DNA from: Candidatus Zixiibacteriota bacterium
GTDB lineage: Bacteria; RBG-13-66-14; B26-G2; WVWN01
NCBI GenBank assembly: GCA_050117845.1
Contig: JASFLY010000018.1
Span: forward strand, 1 to 56,145
Length of the DNA: 56,145 bases
Reading direction: 5' to 3'
Positions 26,464 to 36,700 of the stretch are shown here, one piece after another. Below the pieces are notes generated by a model. It was given only the letters and a program-made list of their open reading frames with translations, searched no databases and was not told the DNA's origin. Both the position numbers and the translations under genes were made by a program. Numbering within the stretch: position 1 is the stretch's first letter; the number at the start of each line of letters is the position of its first letter.

Positions 26464-28350
26464 TTACGCGCGGGCCCGGGCCTGTTGTAACCGGTAATTT
26501 ACCGCGGCCAGCGTAACGCCGAGGACCAGCGCCACGAAAACGACGATGAGTATGATGCTAACCGGCCCCGGGCCCTCGGGCTGGGTCGGCTTCAACGGCG
26601 GCACGACGACGGAGGTCGGTTGAGAGAAGACCGGGCTGCGGGTTTTAATGTATGTATCGATGTATACTTGTTCGAAGAGGGCCAGGCTGGAAATCATATA
26701 AGGGTTATCTTCGTACGGAATGGAATGGCTAAACAGCGAGTACATCTGAGGGCCGCCGCGGTACTCGGTGTACTCGTCGGGGGGATAGATAGCGAGGCCG
26801 GGCGCGAGCGCCGCCGGTTTTGCGGGCGCGGCGCCGGAAGTTAAATTCCCCATGACCGTCTCAAGGTCCCCGAGATAGGAGTCGAACATCTCGTGGGTCC
26901 CCTCGTAAACGTCCTTGTCCGTTTCCTCGAGCAAGGCCGCCAAATTCGTGGCCAAAGCGTAGCAGTCCTCCGGCGTATCGGCCTTGACCGATATCCGCAG
27001 TTCCCGCGTCAGCCCTTTGGTCGGCGTCATTATCAACTCCGCTTCGACCATATCTTCGAGCTCGAAAACGTCGTATTTCCGGTTCAAACGTTTGGACAAC
27101 TCGAATAAGAACCACCGGGACTGACACTGCTCTTCTATTAACATGGGGCTGTGGATCCAGTGGTCCCCGACTATCCCGGTCGATATAACGAAATCCGCCC
27201 GATATTCGCGCGGCTTCACGAGTGCGTAAACTACTCCGAGGGTCAAACCCAATACGAGCGTAATCCCGACGACCCAGGCCTGGCTCCGCAGGAGTTTAAT
27301 AAAGTCGGAAAGTGTTAGGTAGTGTTCGTCGGTCAACCTTCTAACCTCTGCCGGGCGAACCGGCCTTGTATCTGGGGGAGGGGAATTACTCGCCGGTGGA
27401 GGCGGGGCCGCGGCCTCCGGTTCGGGAATCGGTTCCGCCGCGGGAGCCGGCTCCGGCGCGGCCGCCACCGGGGTTACCTTTTTTTTTTCGTCCTCGCCGG
27501 CTACGGAACGCTGATTTGCGGATCGATCCCCGGACATCCAGTCGAAGAAAAACGCGATTATAACGCCCAACGCGAAAGAGACTATCAGGGCCAACAACAC
27601 GATTCGGACGCGATGCGGCCCCGCGGGCGAAGTCGGCACTATGGGTTCGACGATTATACGGGTGGGGTGTGTATAAATCCCCATAAGGAGTTTCTGCCGG
27701 AGGTCGAGTTCGACCTCCTCCAGGTGGAGAACGTAACTCTCCTTCTCCTCCACGTAACTCGCCAGATACGACATCTCGACCTGGTTAACCCGGCCGCTGT
27801 TCGTCAACCGGGCGACTTCGGCGTAACCGATTTCTATCTGCTCTTTGGTGCGGGCGATATCGAGTTCGGTCTTTTTAAGGTAATCGTAATTTATCTGCCA
27901 GGAAGCTTCGTATAATTCGTCGTGCTCCGCGACGGCCGCTTTCATAATGGCCTCGGCAAGCGCGGCGCTCTTATTCGGATCGTCGGTACGGACGGTTATT
28001 TTAACGCCGCGGGTCGGCGCCCGATCCCGGCTCTCCGAGAATATCGACTCGACGTCCACCATCCCCTGGATGCCGGCGGGCGTATCCTTCAATCCCAATT
28101 CACGCCCCACCTCGGCCAGGAAGGAAAGGCTGCTCATCCGGTCCAGTACCGTCGAGGGCGGCTCGAGCGGGTACTCCATTACGCGGCCGATCTCTATGGT
28201 CCCCTCGGCCTGATACGCATCCTTTAAAGTAAGCGAAAAAACGACGGCGGCTACGGTAACGACCAACGGGACTATCAAAACGACTTTCCATTGTCGTCGC
28301 AGGGTCCGGATTATATCCGAAACCGTGAATTCTATATTGCCGTCACTCAT
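26464..28350 (-). CDS. Tandem (double) Wzz-type polysaccharide co-polymerase
   Basis: Two repeats of TM - Y.A - periplasmic coil - P..P..P - TM, joined by a Pro/Ala-rich linker. Confidence 0.75.
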   Translation of the reverse strand: MSDGNIEFTVSDIIRTLRRQWKVVLIVPLVVTVAAVVFSLTLKDAYQAEGTIEIGRVMEYPLEPPSTVLDRMSSLSFLAEVGRELGLKDTPAGIQGMVDVESIFSESRDRAPTRGVKITVRTDDPNKSAALAEAIMKAAVAEHDELYEASWQINYDYLKKTELDIARTKEQIEIGYAEVARLTNSGRVNQVEMSYLASYVEEKESYVLHLEEVELDLRQKLLMGIYTHPTRIIVEPIVPTSPAGPHRVRIVLLALIVSFALGVIIAFFFDWMSGDRSANQRSVAGEDEKKKVTPVAAAPEPAPAAEPIPEPEAAAPPPPASNSPPPDTRPVRPAEVRRLTDEHYLTLSDFIKLLRSQAWVVGITLVLGLTLGVVYALVKPREYRADFVISTGIVGDHWIHSPMLIEEQCQSRWFLFELSKRLNRKYDVFELEDMVEAELIMTPTKGLTRELRISVKADTPEDCYALATNLAALLEETDKDVYEGTHEMFDSYLGDLETVMGNLTSGAAPAKPAALAPGLAIYPPDEYTEYRGGPQMYSLFSHSIPYEDNPYMISSLALFEQVYIDTYIKTRSPVFSQPTSVVVPPLKPTQPEGPGPVSIILIVVFVALVLGVTLAAVNYRLQQARARA

Positions 28351-28412
28351 AATACCTACCGTTGTATCCTAGCCCGTCGTCGGGCCGCTCGAAAGGCATA
28401 AGTTAATAGTCC

Positions 28413-28441
28413 AAGCTATCATAGCGCCTTTATAGTGTCAA
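28413..28441 (-). promoter_or_regulatory. sigma70-type promoter for the wzz - ligase - hisC unit
   Basis: TTGACA-17 nt-TAGCTT with an extended -10 TG. Confidence 0.55.
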
Positions 28442-28455
28442 TAGTATTTTAAGAA

Positions 28456-28484
28456 GGAAAGCCGCCCTGATGGGACGGCCTTCC
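28456..28484 (-). terminator. Probable terminator after the Agl-Glt-like cluster
   Basis: Imperfect GGAA.GCCG..CC / GG..CGGC.TTCC hairpin just downstream of the last gene. Confidence 0.5.
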
Positions 28485-28511
28485 ACTGCGTACGTTTATT
28501 TTTTTAAGTTT

Positions 28512-29891
28512 TTACGCGCCCGCCGAGAAGAACACGAACGGGTAGACGACGGTAACGTCCCCGGCGTCGATAGGCGGGAAGCGCCAGGTCATAATACGGG
28601 CGCATATCTCGCTGTCCAGCGCCGGATTACCCATATTGGAAGAGACGACCGAACAGGCCGTAACCGCGCCCGAAGCCGCAATGGTAAACCGGACGACGAT
28701 TTTACCTTCCAACGTGGGGTTAGTCTTGAGGTACTTCTTATATATGTATTCGATACCCTGTTTGCGCTGGTTAACGATGCGGGCGATAACCGCGCTGGAA
28801 CGCAAGCTGTTCGTAGCCGCGGCCCCGGTAATCCCGGGCGGGCTAACGCGGACGCGGCCTTTTTTAACGGCCGTGCGGCCGACGGTCTTCGTCGTGCCGG
28901 CCAAACCCGCCAGGCCGCTGCCACCGCCCAGGCCCAGGCCGGGCCCTCCCGGCCCGAAGCCGCCGCCGGTACCCCGACCTACGGTTCCCGAGCCGCCGGT
29001 CTTGAGGCCCGCGATATTGCCGGCTATAAGGTCCAAATCGCCGCCGGAGCCCATCAAGTCGGCCACGGTGCCCGTCGATCCCATCGTCGTGATGAGGCCG
29101 ACGACGCCGACCGAGGCGTAGTCTTCGCCGCCCTGGCCGCCGCCGCCACCGCCGCCGCCACCGCCGTCCCCGGCGCCTTCGGTCGCGGTCGAAATTATAT
29201 CTTCGGGTTCGACCAACGGCTCCATGGGAACTTCCACCGGTTTATCGACGACGAGTTTCGCGACGCGGCTTAAAACCTCCGCCGGCCGAACCTCTTCCGG
29301 TTCCGGGACTTCGACGAAACTTACGGTCGTGATAATGAGAATGCTTATCAGGAAGTTGGCGGCGAGCGCCTTAAGGTAATTGCGGTCGTCGGTGCGGCCC
29401 AAATCCCGGCGGGCCTCCTTGCGCCACGCCGGTACGACCGACCGTTCTCCGCCGTCGGTGCCCTTTTCTATTTCCTCGAGTTCCTCGAGTTCCTTCTCTA
29501 TTCGCGCTTCTTCGACCTGTTCGCGTATCTGCTTTAAAAAGTAAGGGCTAAGAAAAGAAACTTCGCCCGCCCGGGCCCAACGCCGTTCTTCCTCCACCCA
29601 TATGAAATCCATGGCGTTGAAACGGCGTTCGTTTATAAGGCGGATGACCTCGTCGAGGTCCATGGGCCCTATGGTATCGTTGCCCACTCGGACGTGGAAA
29701 CTCGAGTCCTGGGTGCTCACGAGCGACGTCAGGAATTCGACTTCGCCCGCCCGCACCCATTGATTCCGTTCGGGCGCCCAGACGTAATCCTCGCCGCCGA
29801 GGCGGCCGTCGCGCGCCCACCGGGTAACTTCCTCCGGGGTTAACGGCCCGTAGTTCTTGCCGTCAACGTGTATGTAAAGATTTCCGGCCAT
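28512..29891 (-). CDS. AgmX/GltJ-like protein: 2x GYF_2 domains, TM, Gly-rich linker, TonB-C-like (AgmX/PglI C-terminal) domain
   Basis: Two repeats of Y/F.....G...GP....EV.......W......W.RAGEV; one TM; C-terminal IYKKYLKTNPTLEGKIVVRFTI..WRFP..VVYPFVF. Confidence 0.85.
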   Translation of the reverse strand: MAGNLYIHVDGKNYGPLTPEEVTRWARDGRLGGEDYVWAPERNQWVRAGEVEFLTSLVSTQDSSFHVRVGNDTIGPMDLDEVIRLINERRFNAMDFIWVEEERRWARAGEVSFLSPYFLKQIREQVEEARIEKELEELEEIEKGTDGGERSVVPAWRKEARRDLGRTDDRNYLKALAANFLISILIITTVSFVEVPEPEEVRPAEVLSRVAKLVVDKPVEVPMEPLVEPEDIISTATEGAGDGGGGGGGGGGQGGEDYASVGVVGLITTMGSTGTVADLMGSGGDLDLIAGNIAGLKTGGSGTVGRGTGGGFGPGGPGLGLGGGSGLAGLAGTTKTVGRTAVKKGRVRVSPPGITGAAATNSLRSSAVIARIVNQRKQGIEYIYKKYLKTNPTLEGKIVVRFTIAASGAVTACSVVSSNMGNPALDSEICARIMTWRFPPIDAGDVTVVYPFVFFSAGA

Positions 29892-30008
29892 ATTTATTAG
29901 TGGCTTGCCCGTCAACCGAGCAGCGTATCAGCCACCTCTCCTTCGAGTTATGCCGGGTCGCCGGGCGGCGACGGGGATGAATCCGGCCGCCGCCCGACAA
30001 ACGTGTTG

Positions 30009-31331
30009 CTATTCCGAAGCCACGAAAACGAACGGGTAAACCACCGTCACGCTCCCCGACCCAATGGCGGGGAACCTCCAACTCCGAATCCTGGATAGGA
30101 TCGAAGCCGAAAGTGCGGAAGACCCGAGCGTATCGGACACGATGCTGGCGCTGCTTACGGAACCGTCGGCCGTTATCGTGAAACGAACGGTTATCTTGCC
30201 GCTGCCGAGGTTCGGGTTCTTCTTCAGCGCGGAGTTGTACGCGTTCTGGATACCGGCCAGGTGTCGCCGTATAACGCCTCCGATAACCGAAGGCGAACGG
30301 TTGGCGTCCCCTCGGCCTTCGCCGCCTACCGAAGAGATGGTACCGGAGACCGATACCTTCTTCTTGGTAAGCTTGCCTCCGCCGGGGCCGCGCATGCCGC
30401 CGCCGCCGGCCAAGCCGGCGATGCCGTCCACGCCGCCGCCGAGGCCCGTACCGCCTCCGGCACCGGAACCCAGGCCGCCGCCCAGCGATCCACCGCCGCC
30501 GGCGCCTTTCAGGCCGCCGAGGCCGTCAACGATACCGTCCAGGTCGCCCGATCCGGCGCCGGCACCCAACATGTCGGCAATCGATCTGCCGCTGCCGGTG
30601 CCAAGCGTCGTAATGGCCGCGACCACGCCGGTCGTCGGTACTCCCGCGCCGATATCGCCGCCGCCACCGCCGCCGCCACCGCCGCCGCCTCCGACTCCTT
30701 CGGTGGAGACTTCCTCGACGATGCCGACGCCCTCGGTCTCGGGGACCTCGAGCTTGGTTACGCGTTTAATGACGTTCTCGAGTTTGAACTCCTTGTCCGT
30801 AACCTCGGCGTATTGGGCGCCGATCATGAACGCTATCAGCAAAACGCCGATAACGCCCAAAACACGGTAGTACCTGAGGTTGTCCGGGTCGATAAAGGAA
30901 CCTACTGCCTCGTAACCCGGTCCCCCCTTCGGAACCTTGACCGCTTCGCGGGCCACCGCCGGCCGATACTCGAACTCGAAGGTCAAATCTCCGGTTTCTA
31001 CTTTCCCGGATCGACCCCGTTGGATCGGCACGACGTAACGTTCTCCTTCGCGCTTCAGCAAGCCCAGCGTTTTGAGGTGGCTGAACGACAGCATATCGCC
31101 GTCGCCGCCGATTTCTCCACGGTAATTCTCGGCCAACAACAGTTCCGCTTCGCCGCTTTTGCCGGAGCGGAACAGAACCGCGGATTTTTTACCGTCACCG
31201 GCCGTTACGATATGGTCGGTGTGGGCCCCACCCATAGTTAGCCTATCCTCAAGGTCTATCTCCCGTATTACCCGACCTTCTCGGATAACGCGGAGCCCTA
31301 ACACTTGCTTACTCGGTTTAGCTGTTGCCAC
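30009..31331 (-). CDS. PglI/GltG-like protein: cytoplasmic beta-rich (FHA-like) domain, TM, Gly-rich linker, TonB-C-like domain
   Basis: GTG start with AAGGAGG RBS; TM YYRVLGVIGVLLIAFMIG; YNSALKKNPNLGSGKITVRFTI..WRFP..VVYPFVF. Confidence 0.82.
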   Translation of the reverse strand: MATAKPSKQVLGLRVIREGRVIREIDLEDRLTMGGAHTDHIVTAGDGKKSAVLFRSGKSGEAELLLAENYRGEIGGDGDMLSFSHLKTLGLLKREGERYVVPIQRGRSGKVETGDLTFEFEYRPAVAREAVKVPKGGPGYEAVGSFIDPDNLRYYRVLGVIGVLLIAFMIGAQYAEVTDKEFKLENVIKRVTKLEVPETEGVGIVEEVSTEGVGGGGGGGGGGGGDIGAGVPTTGVVAAITTLGTGSGRSIADMLGAGAGSGDLDGIVDGLGGLKGAGGGGSLGGGLGSGAGGGTGLGGGVDGIAGLAGGGGMRGPGGGKLTKKKVSVSGTISSVGGEGRGDANRSPSVIGGVIRRHLAGIQNAYNSALKKNPNLGSGKITVRFTITADGSVSSASIVSDTLGSSALSASILSRIRSWRFPAIGSGSVTVVYPFVFVASE

Positions 31332-31364
31332 TTCTTTTTGTCACCTCCTTTCTTCGCGTAATCG

Positions 31365-31904
31365 TTAACGGTTCTTGAGAACCGCCAGCGAGATCTCGCC
31401 GTATTCGGCGCGGCCACAGGTGTACATCACCCTTTTGAGCAATTCGAAGGTGATCAACTTGTCGCCCTGAATAATGACCTCGCCTCGGAATTCCTTGGTG
31501 TCGTCCAGGTCGGCGATAGCGCGCTTAAGGTCGGCGATGCGCACCATCTCTTCGTACAATCCGTCGATAATCAGGTCGGGGTCCTTGAGAGCTTCCGACG
31601 ACTCGGCGACTCTCTTCCCCTCGACGACGATGGACTCGTTGGTAACGGCCACGATAACGGACTGCGTCGGTTTGTTGTCCACCCGCGCTTCGGGTAACGT
31701 CAAATCCGGGGCGATTGACATGATGTCGCCCTCGGCGGAGAAGTTTTGGAAGAGGAAGACGACGAGGATGACGAAGGTGTCGATGAGCGAAACCAGCATG
31801 AGGCGGACTTCCTTCTTGCGCTCTTCCTGAGCCCGTTCCTTCATCCGGATGTGCAGTCGCCCCCGCGTTCCCTTTTCCTGAATCTTGCTTGCCTTTTGAG
31901 CCAT
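31365..31904 (-). CDS. ExbD/TolR family protein (AglS-like)
   Basis: LVSLIDTFVILVVFL TM with the conserved Asp; NFSAEG; IIQGDK and RVMYTC motifs. Confidence 0.88.
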   Translation of the reverse strand: MAQKASKIQEKGTRGRLHIRMKERAQEERKKEVRLMLVSLIDTFVILVVFLFQNFSAEGDIMSIAPDLTLPEARVDNKPTQSVIVAVTNESIVVEGKRVAESSEALKDPDLIIDGLYEEMVRIADLKRAIADLDDTKEFRGEVIIQGDKLITFELLKRVMYTCGRAEYGEISLAVLKNR

Positions 31905-31932
31905 ATTACACCTCCTTTTCCGGCAAATACGC

Positions 31933-32406
31933 TTATTGCGTAATGTTACCCGAAAGCGCTATATCCGGTAAACCTTCCATAACGCAAACGTCCATCGCCT
32001 GAATGATATCGTCATAGACGATCTCCGGTTCGGCGATAATGATTATCGACTGCTGGTCGGGGTATTCCTTCTTCACGTCTTTTAAGGTCTCGGTCAGTTT
32101 ATCCCAGTCGAATTTGCCCTTTTTCTTGGGGACCAGGGGCAAAATCGCACCGGCACCGCCGACGCGGAACCCTTCGTCGGTGATGATTAAAGACAGGTTA
32201 ATCTCGCCGCCCTGCGGTGACGACGTACTGGAAGTACCAGCTCCCGACGCCGTAGGCAGGGATATCTCTATGACCGCGGTTTGTAGAAGCGAGGCCGACA
32301 TCAACAGGAAGCAGCAACAAACCACCAACATGTCGATGAACGGCACGAGTTCCGGGTCTTCCCAAACCTCGCGGTGCCTTACTTTCTTCTTAGGGGCAAA
32401 TGCCAA
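31933..32406 (-). CDS. ExbD/TolR family protein (AglQ-like)
   Basis: LVPFIDML TM with the conserved Asp; KKEYPD..IIIAEPEIVYDDIIQAMD. Confidence 0.88.
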   Translation of the reverse strand: MAFAPKKKVRHREVWEDPELVPFIDMLVVCCCFLLMSASLLQTAVIEISLPTASGAGTSSTSSPQGGEINLSLIITDEGFRVGGAGAILPLVPKKKGKFDWDKLTETLKDVKKEYPDQQSIIIIAEPEIVYDDIIQAMDVCVMEGLPDIALSGNITQ

Positions 32407-32438
32407 AGGCCATCACCTCCTGGGTGTGCCCCGCGTCA

Positions 32439-33086
32439 CTATAACTTACCTTCGTATTCGGCCAGCGCATTGATTATCGGCACCATGCTGGCGTCGATGT
32501 CGTTGTTGATGCGCGTTACTCGGCCCTGGAGTAAGCCGTATACGACTAGCGAGGGAATTGCTACAATTAGGCCGAAGGCGGTGCAGTTCATGGCTTCCGA
32601 AATACCTTCCGAAAGCATCGTCGCCTTTTCAGCCGCGGAGGCGCCGCCCAACGCGGCGAACGTTTTAATCAGACCCGTAATGGTCCCCAACAGGCCCAAA
32701 AGAACGGCGACGTTTCCGAGCATCGCCAGATAAGGCGTTCTTTTATCCAGCCGAGGGAGTTCGGAAAGGCTGGCTTCGTCGACAGCGTCCTGGACGTCGC
32801 GCATACTGCCGCCCGCCGCCGACAACGCCGCCCGGGTGATACGGTACAACGCCGCGTCGGACCGATTCGCTAGGGCTTTCGCCTGCTCAACCTTGCCCTG
32901 TTTTATCATATTCAGGACTTCACGCGTGAACCGGTCGGCGTTTACGTTCGATTTAATGAAGATAAACCAAACGCGTTCGACGATAATCGATACCGCGAAA
33001 ATACCCGTGATAAGGATGGGGTGCATACCCCAACCGCCCGCGCGATAGTGTTCGGCTAACCAATTGAAAACTTCCATACCGCACAT
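32439..33086 (-). CDS. MotA/TolQ/ExbB proton channel (AglR-like)
   Basis: GGWGM, LLGLLGTITGLI and GISEAMNCTAFGL motifs. Confidence 0.92.
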   Translation of the reverse strand: MCGMEVFNWLAEHYRAGGWGMHPILITGIFAVSIIVERVWFIFIKSNVNADRFTREVLNMIKQGKVEQAKALANRSDAALYRITRAALSAAGGSMRDVQDAVDEASLSELPRLDKRTPYLAMLGNVAVLLGLLGTITGLIKTFAALGGASAAEKATMLSEGISEAMNCTAFGLIVAIPSLVVYGLLQGRVTRINNDIDASMVPIINALAEYEGKL

Positions 33087-33149
33087 GCTCCTTTCTCAAT
33101 GTACCGAGAATATTGTAAGATACTGAACCCCTCGCCGCCGGATGGCGCG

Positions 33150-33686
33150 CTACTTCGCCGCCCGGGCCCTCCCGCGGTCAATCAGGACCAGCACCAACGC
33201 GCCGGTAGCCGCGGCACCGGCCGTTATGCCGTAAACCTTGACCTGGGCCCATTCCTCGTTGTAAGCCTGGTAGCCGGCCGCGGCGCCGGTCGTGGCCGCG
33301 GTCGCCACCGCCATCCAGAGGAGGGGGTTCTTTACGTAATCGAAAGCCGACTCCTTAATGGCCTTCTCGAAATCTTCTTTGTCGATGGGGCGGAGGATAT
33401 CATCCCAGAAATCGCGGGAGAAGCGTACCGTTTTGAACTCCGGCTGTTGACGCTTGATAAACAAAGCCACTGGTTTCTCGAGACGCCCTTCGATAATCGC
33501 TTCGTCGAAGACGTATTCTCCGGTCTCCGTCCGTTCGGCCTTTACGCCGCCCTCTTCCTTAATCCCTACCTCGCCTTCGCCGCCTTCGTCTTCCTGGGCA
33601 AGGGCCGGAAGGGAAGCGAGGGTTAAGGACGCTATAATTATAACTGCAAAACCTTTGACTGACAAGTTTTTCGCCATCTTTTTCAA
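33150..33686 (-). CDS. GltF/CglF-like exported protein with an extra C-terminal hydrophobic hairpin
   Basis: Signal peptide; FDEAIIEGRLEKP..F...F...I core resembling GltF; position immediately upstream of the motor genes. Alternative ATG at 33677. Confidence 0.6.
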   Translation of the reverse strand: MKKMAKNLSVKGFAVIIIASLTLASLPALAQEDEGGEGEVGIKEEGGVKAERTETGEYVFDEAIIEGRLEKPVALFIKRQQPEFKTVRFSRDFWDDILRPIDKEDFEKAIKESAFDYVKNPLLWMAVATAATTGAAAGYQAYNEEWAQVKVYGITAGAAATGALVLVLIDRGRARAAK

Positions 33687-33713
33687 CCCCGTTCGCCCGG
33701 GCCGGTGGGCCGA

Positions 33714-36700
33714 CTAGAATTCCTCGCCCAGCGGCTCCTCTTCGGGCTCCGCTCCGGTATCGCCGAAGCCGCCCGTTTCCTCCGGCGTACCTACCGATTC
33801 GAAGTCTATTTCGCCGCCGGCCTCGGCCTCGTACGTCTCGCCCGAGTCCCCGCCGGGTTCCGGCAAAGCCTCGCTCTCCGGCGCCGCCTCGACTCCGCTT
33901 TCGCTTTCCATTTCACCCGAGGTCTCGGCCCCGAATTCCTCTTCGCCCCCGTACGAGGGCGTTTCCTCTACCGGCGTCGTTTCGCCGAACTCTTCGGCCG
34001 AGCCGCCGAACTCTTCCTCTTCGCCCGGCACCGATTCGCCGTAGTATTCGCCGCTCGAACCGCCGAATTCCTCTTCTTCACCCGGCACCGGTTCGCCGAA
34101 TTCTTCGCCTTCGGGAGGCCATTCCTCCATCGGCATGCCGCCCTCTTCGGGCGAGACGCCGCCGAATTCCTCGCCCGGCACGCCCGTGTCTCCCGGGATC
34201 GGTTCCGGCGTCGGGAAGCCGCCTTCCGGAACGAGGGCGAAGCGCAAGCCGTACGAGTCGTCGCGTTCCCGCAGGACCTCGACGCACACGACGTTATCGC
34301 CGAGGTGGAGGGCGTCGGACACGTCGTACGTATCCGGTTTCATCCACGGGTCGTCGGCGTACGCGTCGGTCTGGCCGACGAGCGTTCCGTTGACGTAGAG
34401 CTTGTAGGGACCGCGGGTTTGGATTACGGCCTCGTAGTTGCCCGGGTCGTAGGTGAACGAGAAGGCCTTGCGGAAGTATACGTTCTCGTCGAGGGAATTG
34501 CCCCAGATGGTCTGGGGGCTGCCCGGGACCTCGGCCACTACCTTCTCCTGGTCCTTCTCTCGCCACGAACTCGGGGCCGCCGGCGCCCACATCGAGTCGT
34601 CGAAGGCTTGATTCTGCCAGCCGTCTTCGAGGGTGTTCGTCGTAAGCCACCCGGAATCGCTCACGAACCCGGATATGCCGACGTCCTCGTACTTGACGAC
34701 CTCGTACGGCACGATGAGCAGGAGCTGGTCGTACGCCTTGCGGGACCACGCCGTCGAGATGCCGGCGCCTTCGGCCGCATTGACCGATTCCTGGTATTCC
34801 AGTATGGCCTTTTCCTCGAGCGGAAGGGCCTGTTCTTCCAGCTGGCTCGTATAGTCGTAGTAAGCGTTCTCGTACAGCGGTTTGCGGGGGTCGTCGTCGG
34901 GAAGCGCTTCCCAGAATTCGGGCCGCAGTTCATCCGGGATCTCGGCGTTCCGTAGGCTATCCCGGAAGGAGAGGTAGACGTCGGCCATACGGCAATGCGC
35001 CGCAACCGTCCACTCGTCCTGACCCATGCCCGCGCATTCGGTGTAGCCGGCGATGAGGCTCTGGGACTGCTCGATCTTCTTTTTGAGGTTGGCCTCCATC
35101 ACCTTCTGCGGCATGGTGAACTGGATTTGCGCGTAATCATTATATTTTATATCGGTGACCTTGAACAACGATTCGGCGACGTATTTCTCCGTGCCGCCCA
35201 TGTCGAAACCCTCTTTTTCGGAGTACTGGTAAATCCCCGCTACCTTCTTGTGGTTCTCGAGGGCGTCGGCGTCCCGGCCCAGCTTCTCCTCGGCCCGAGC
35301 CTGGCGGAAGGTCGCCTCCAACAGCGGCTTCGCTTCGTCCGGATATTCCTCGACGAAACGGGCGAAGGTGTTGACGGCCCGGGTCCAGTCCTTTTGCTGT
35401 TCGTACATCAGGCCGGCCCGGAACAGCGAGTCGCGGCCCAGCCCCGAGCCCTTGTACTCGGACTTCTCGGCGATGGTAAGATAGACGGAGGCCGCGTTCT
35501 CCCAATCCTCTTTGCGCTCGTAGCACTCGGCGGCCTTCTCGTAGGCCATCTTCGTATCCTCGGCCTGGGGATACGCCTTGTTGTACTGCAAGTAAACGCG
35601 AGCGGCGTTGTCCCAGTCGCGGATCTTATAATAGGTGTCGGCGGCTTTACCGAGGCTGAGCCGGCCTACGTCGGTACCCTGGTGATCGGCGGCGTTGGCC
35701 TCGTACGCCTGGGCCTCGGCTTGCTTGGCCGCGAAGGCCGAAGCTTCTATCGGCGGGAGCGGCGGGTAAAGAACTATGAAGTCCTCGTACGCGGCTTCCT
35801 CGACCATAAGCTCGGGTTCTATCGTCGGCTCCTCGATGGCCTCGATGGCGATGCCGGCGCCCTTCATCTCGGCGGCCTTGAGACCCGTCAGGCCGGACAG
35901 GCTTTTCGCCCGGTCGAGGGTTTCCATAACGCCGCGGTTCTTGGCCTCGGTCTCGGTGCGGGCGTACCATTGGCGAGCGAGGGCATATTTCTGCTCCGCC
36001 GCCTCGTACGCGCCGGCTTTCTCGTAGAACTCCGCCTCGTTGAAGTACGACTTTGCCACACTCTCCGCGGCGTTCACGTACAACTGGTTGTGTTCCTTCT
36101 GTTTATCGGCCGCGTCGTCCAGGGCCTGGGGATATTTGTCCACCAGTTTCCCGTAGGCCTCGCGCGCCCGGTCGTAGTCGTCGACGTAGAAATAAATCTC
36201 CCCGACCTTGGAAAGGACCGAGGGGACTTCCTTGCTCTCCGGGTATTTGTCGACGAACGCGTTGCACGCACGGACGAGGTTGGCTTCGTTAAGCGTCAAC
36301 GACTTGACCGGCATCTCGACCGGGCCGTACGTCGCCAGGCCGTTGGTCTCCTCGCCCTCGCCCGCCGCCACCGGGGCGGTCGGCTCCGGTATCTTCTTCT
36401 CGCCGGCCGCCTCCGTATCCTTCTGGAAGATCTCGTCGTAGGATACGATGGCGTTGAACAGGGACTGCTCCTGCGTGAACTTCTCGTCCCATTTCTCTAT
36501 CTTATAACGTTCGGCGTCGACGTAACCCATCGCCGTCTTCTGATACTGGTCGCCGGCGTTGGCGAAGTCGCCGACCGCGAACAACGATTCCGCCAGGTAG
36601 AAATTGATGTGGTAAGCCTTCTCGTTCGTCGGGAAGGACGCCAGGTACTGCGTATAGCGGTTTATAGCTTCCTGGAAGAGCTCTTTCGCTTCTTCGGGGT

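Noticed and set aside
29916..30008. GC-rich intergenic hairpin as ncRNA or riboswitch
   Set aside because: Only one stem (GGGCGGCG/CGCCGCCC) and no recognisable family motif; more likely an mRNA stability or processing hairpin.
31365..33086. Ordinary TonB-ExbBD or Tol-Pal system
   Set aside because: No TonB-dependent receptor, tolB or pal adjacent. Two ExbD paralogs with TPR, GltF-like and AgmX/PglI-type partners fit the Agl-Glt class better.
33900..34200. Possible CRISPR or tandem DNA repeat array
   Set aside because: Repeats are imperfect, in frame and encode acidic peptide repeats; no constant repeat-spacer pattern and no cas genes.
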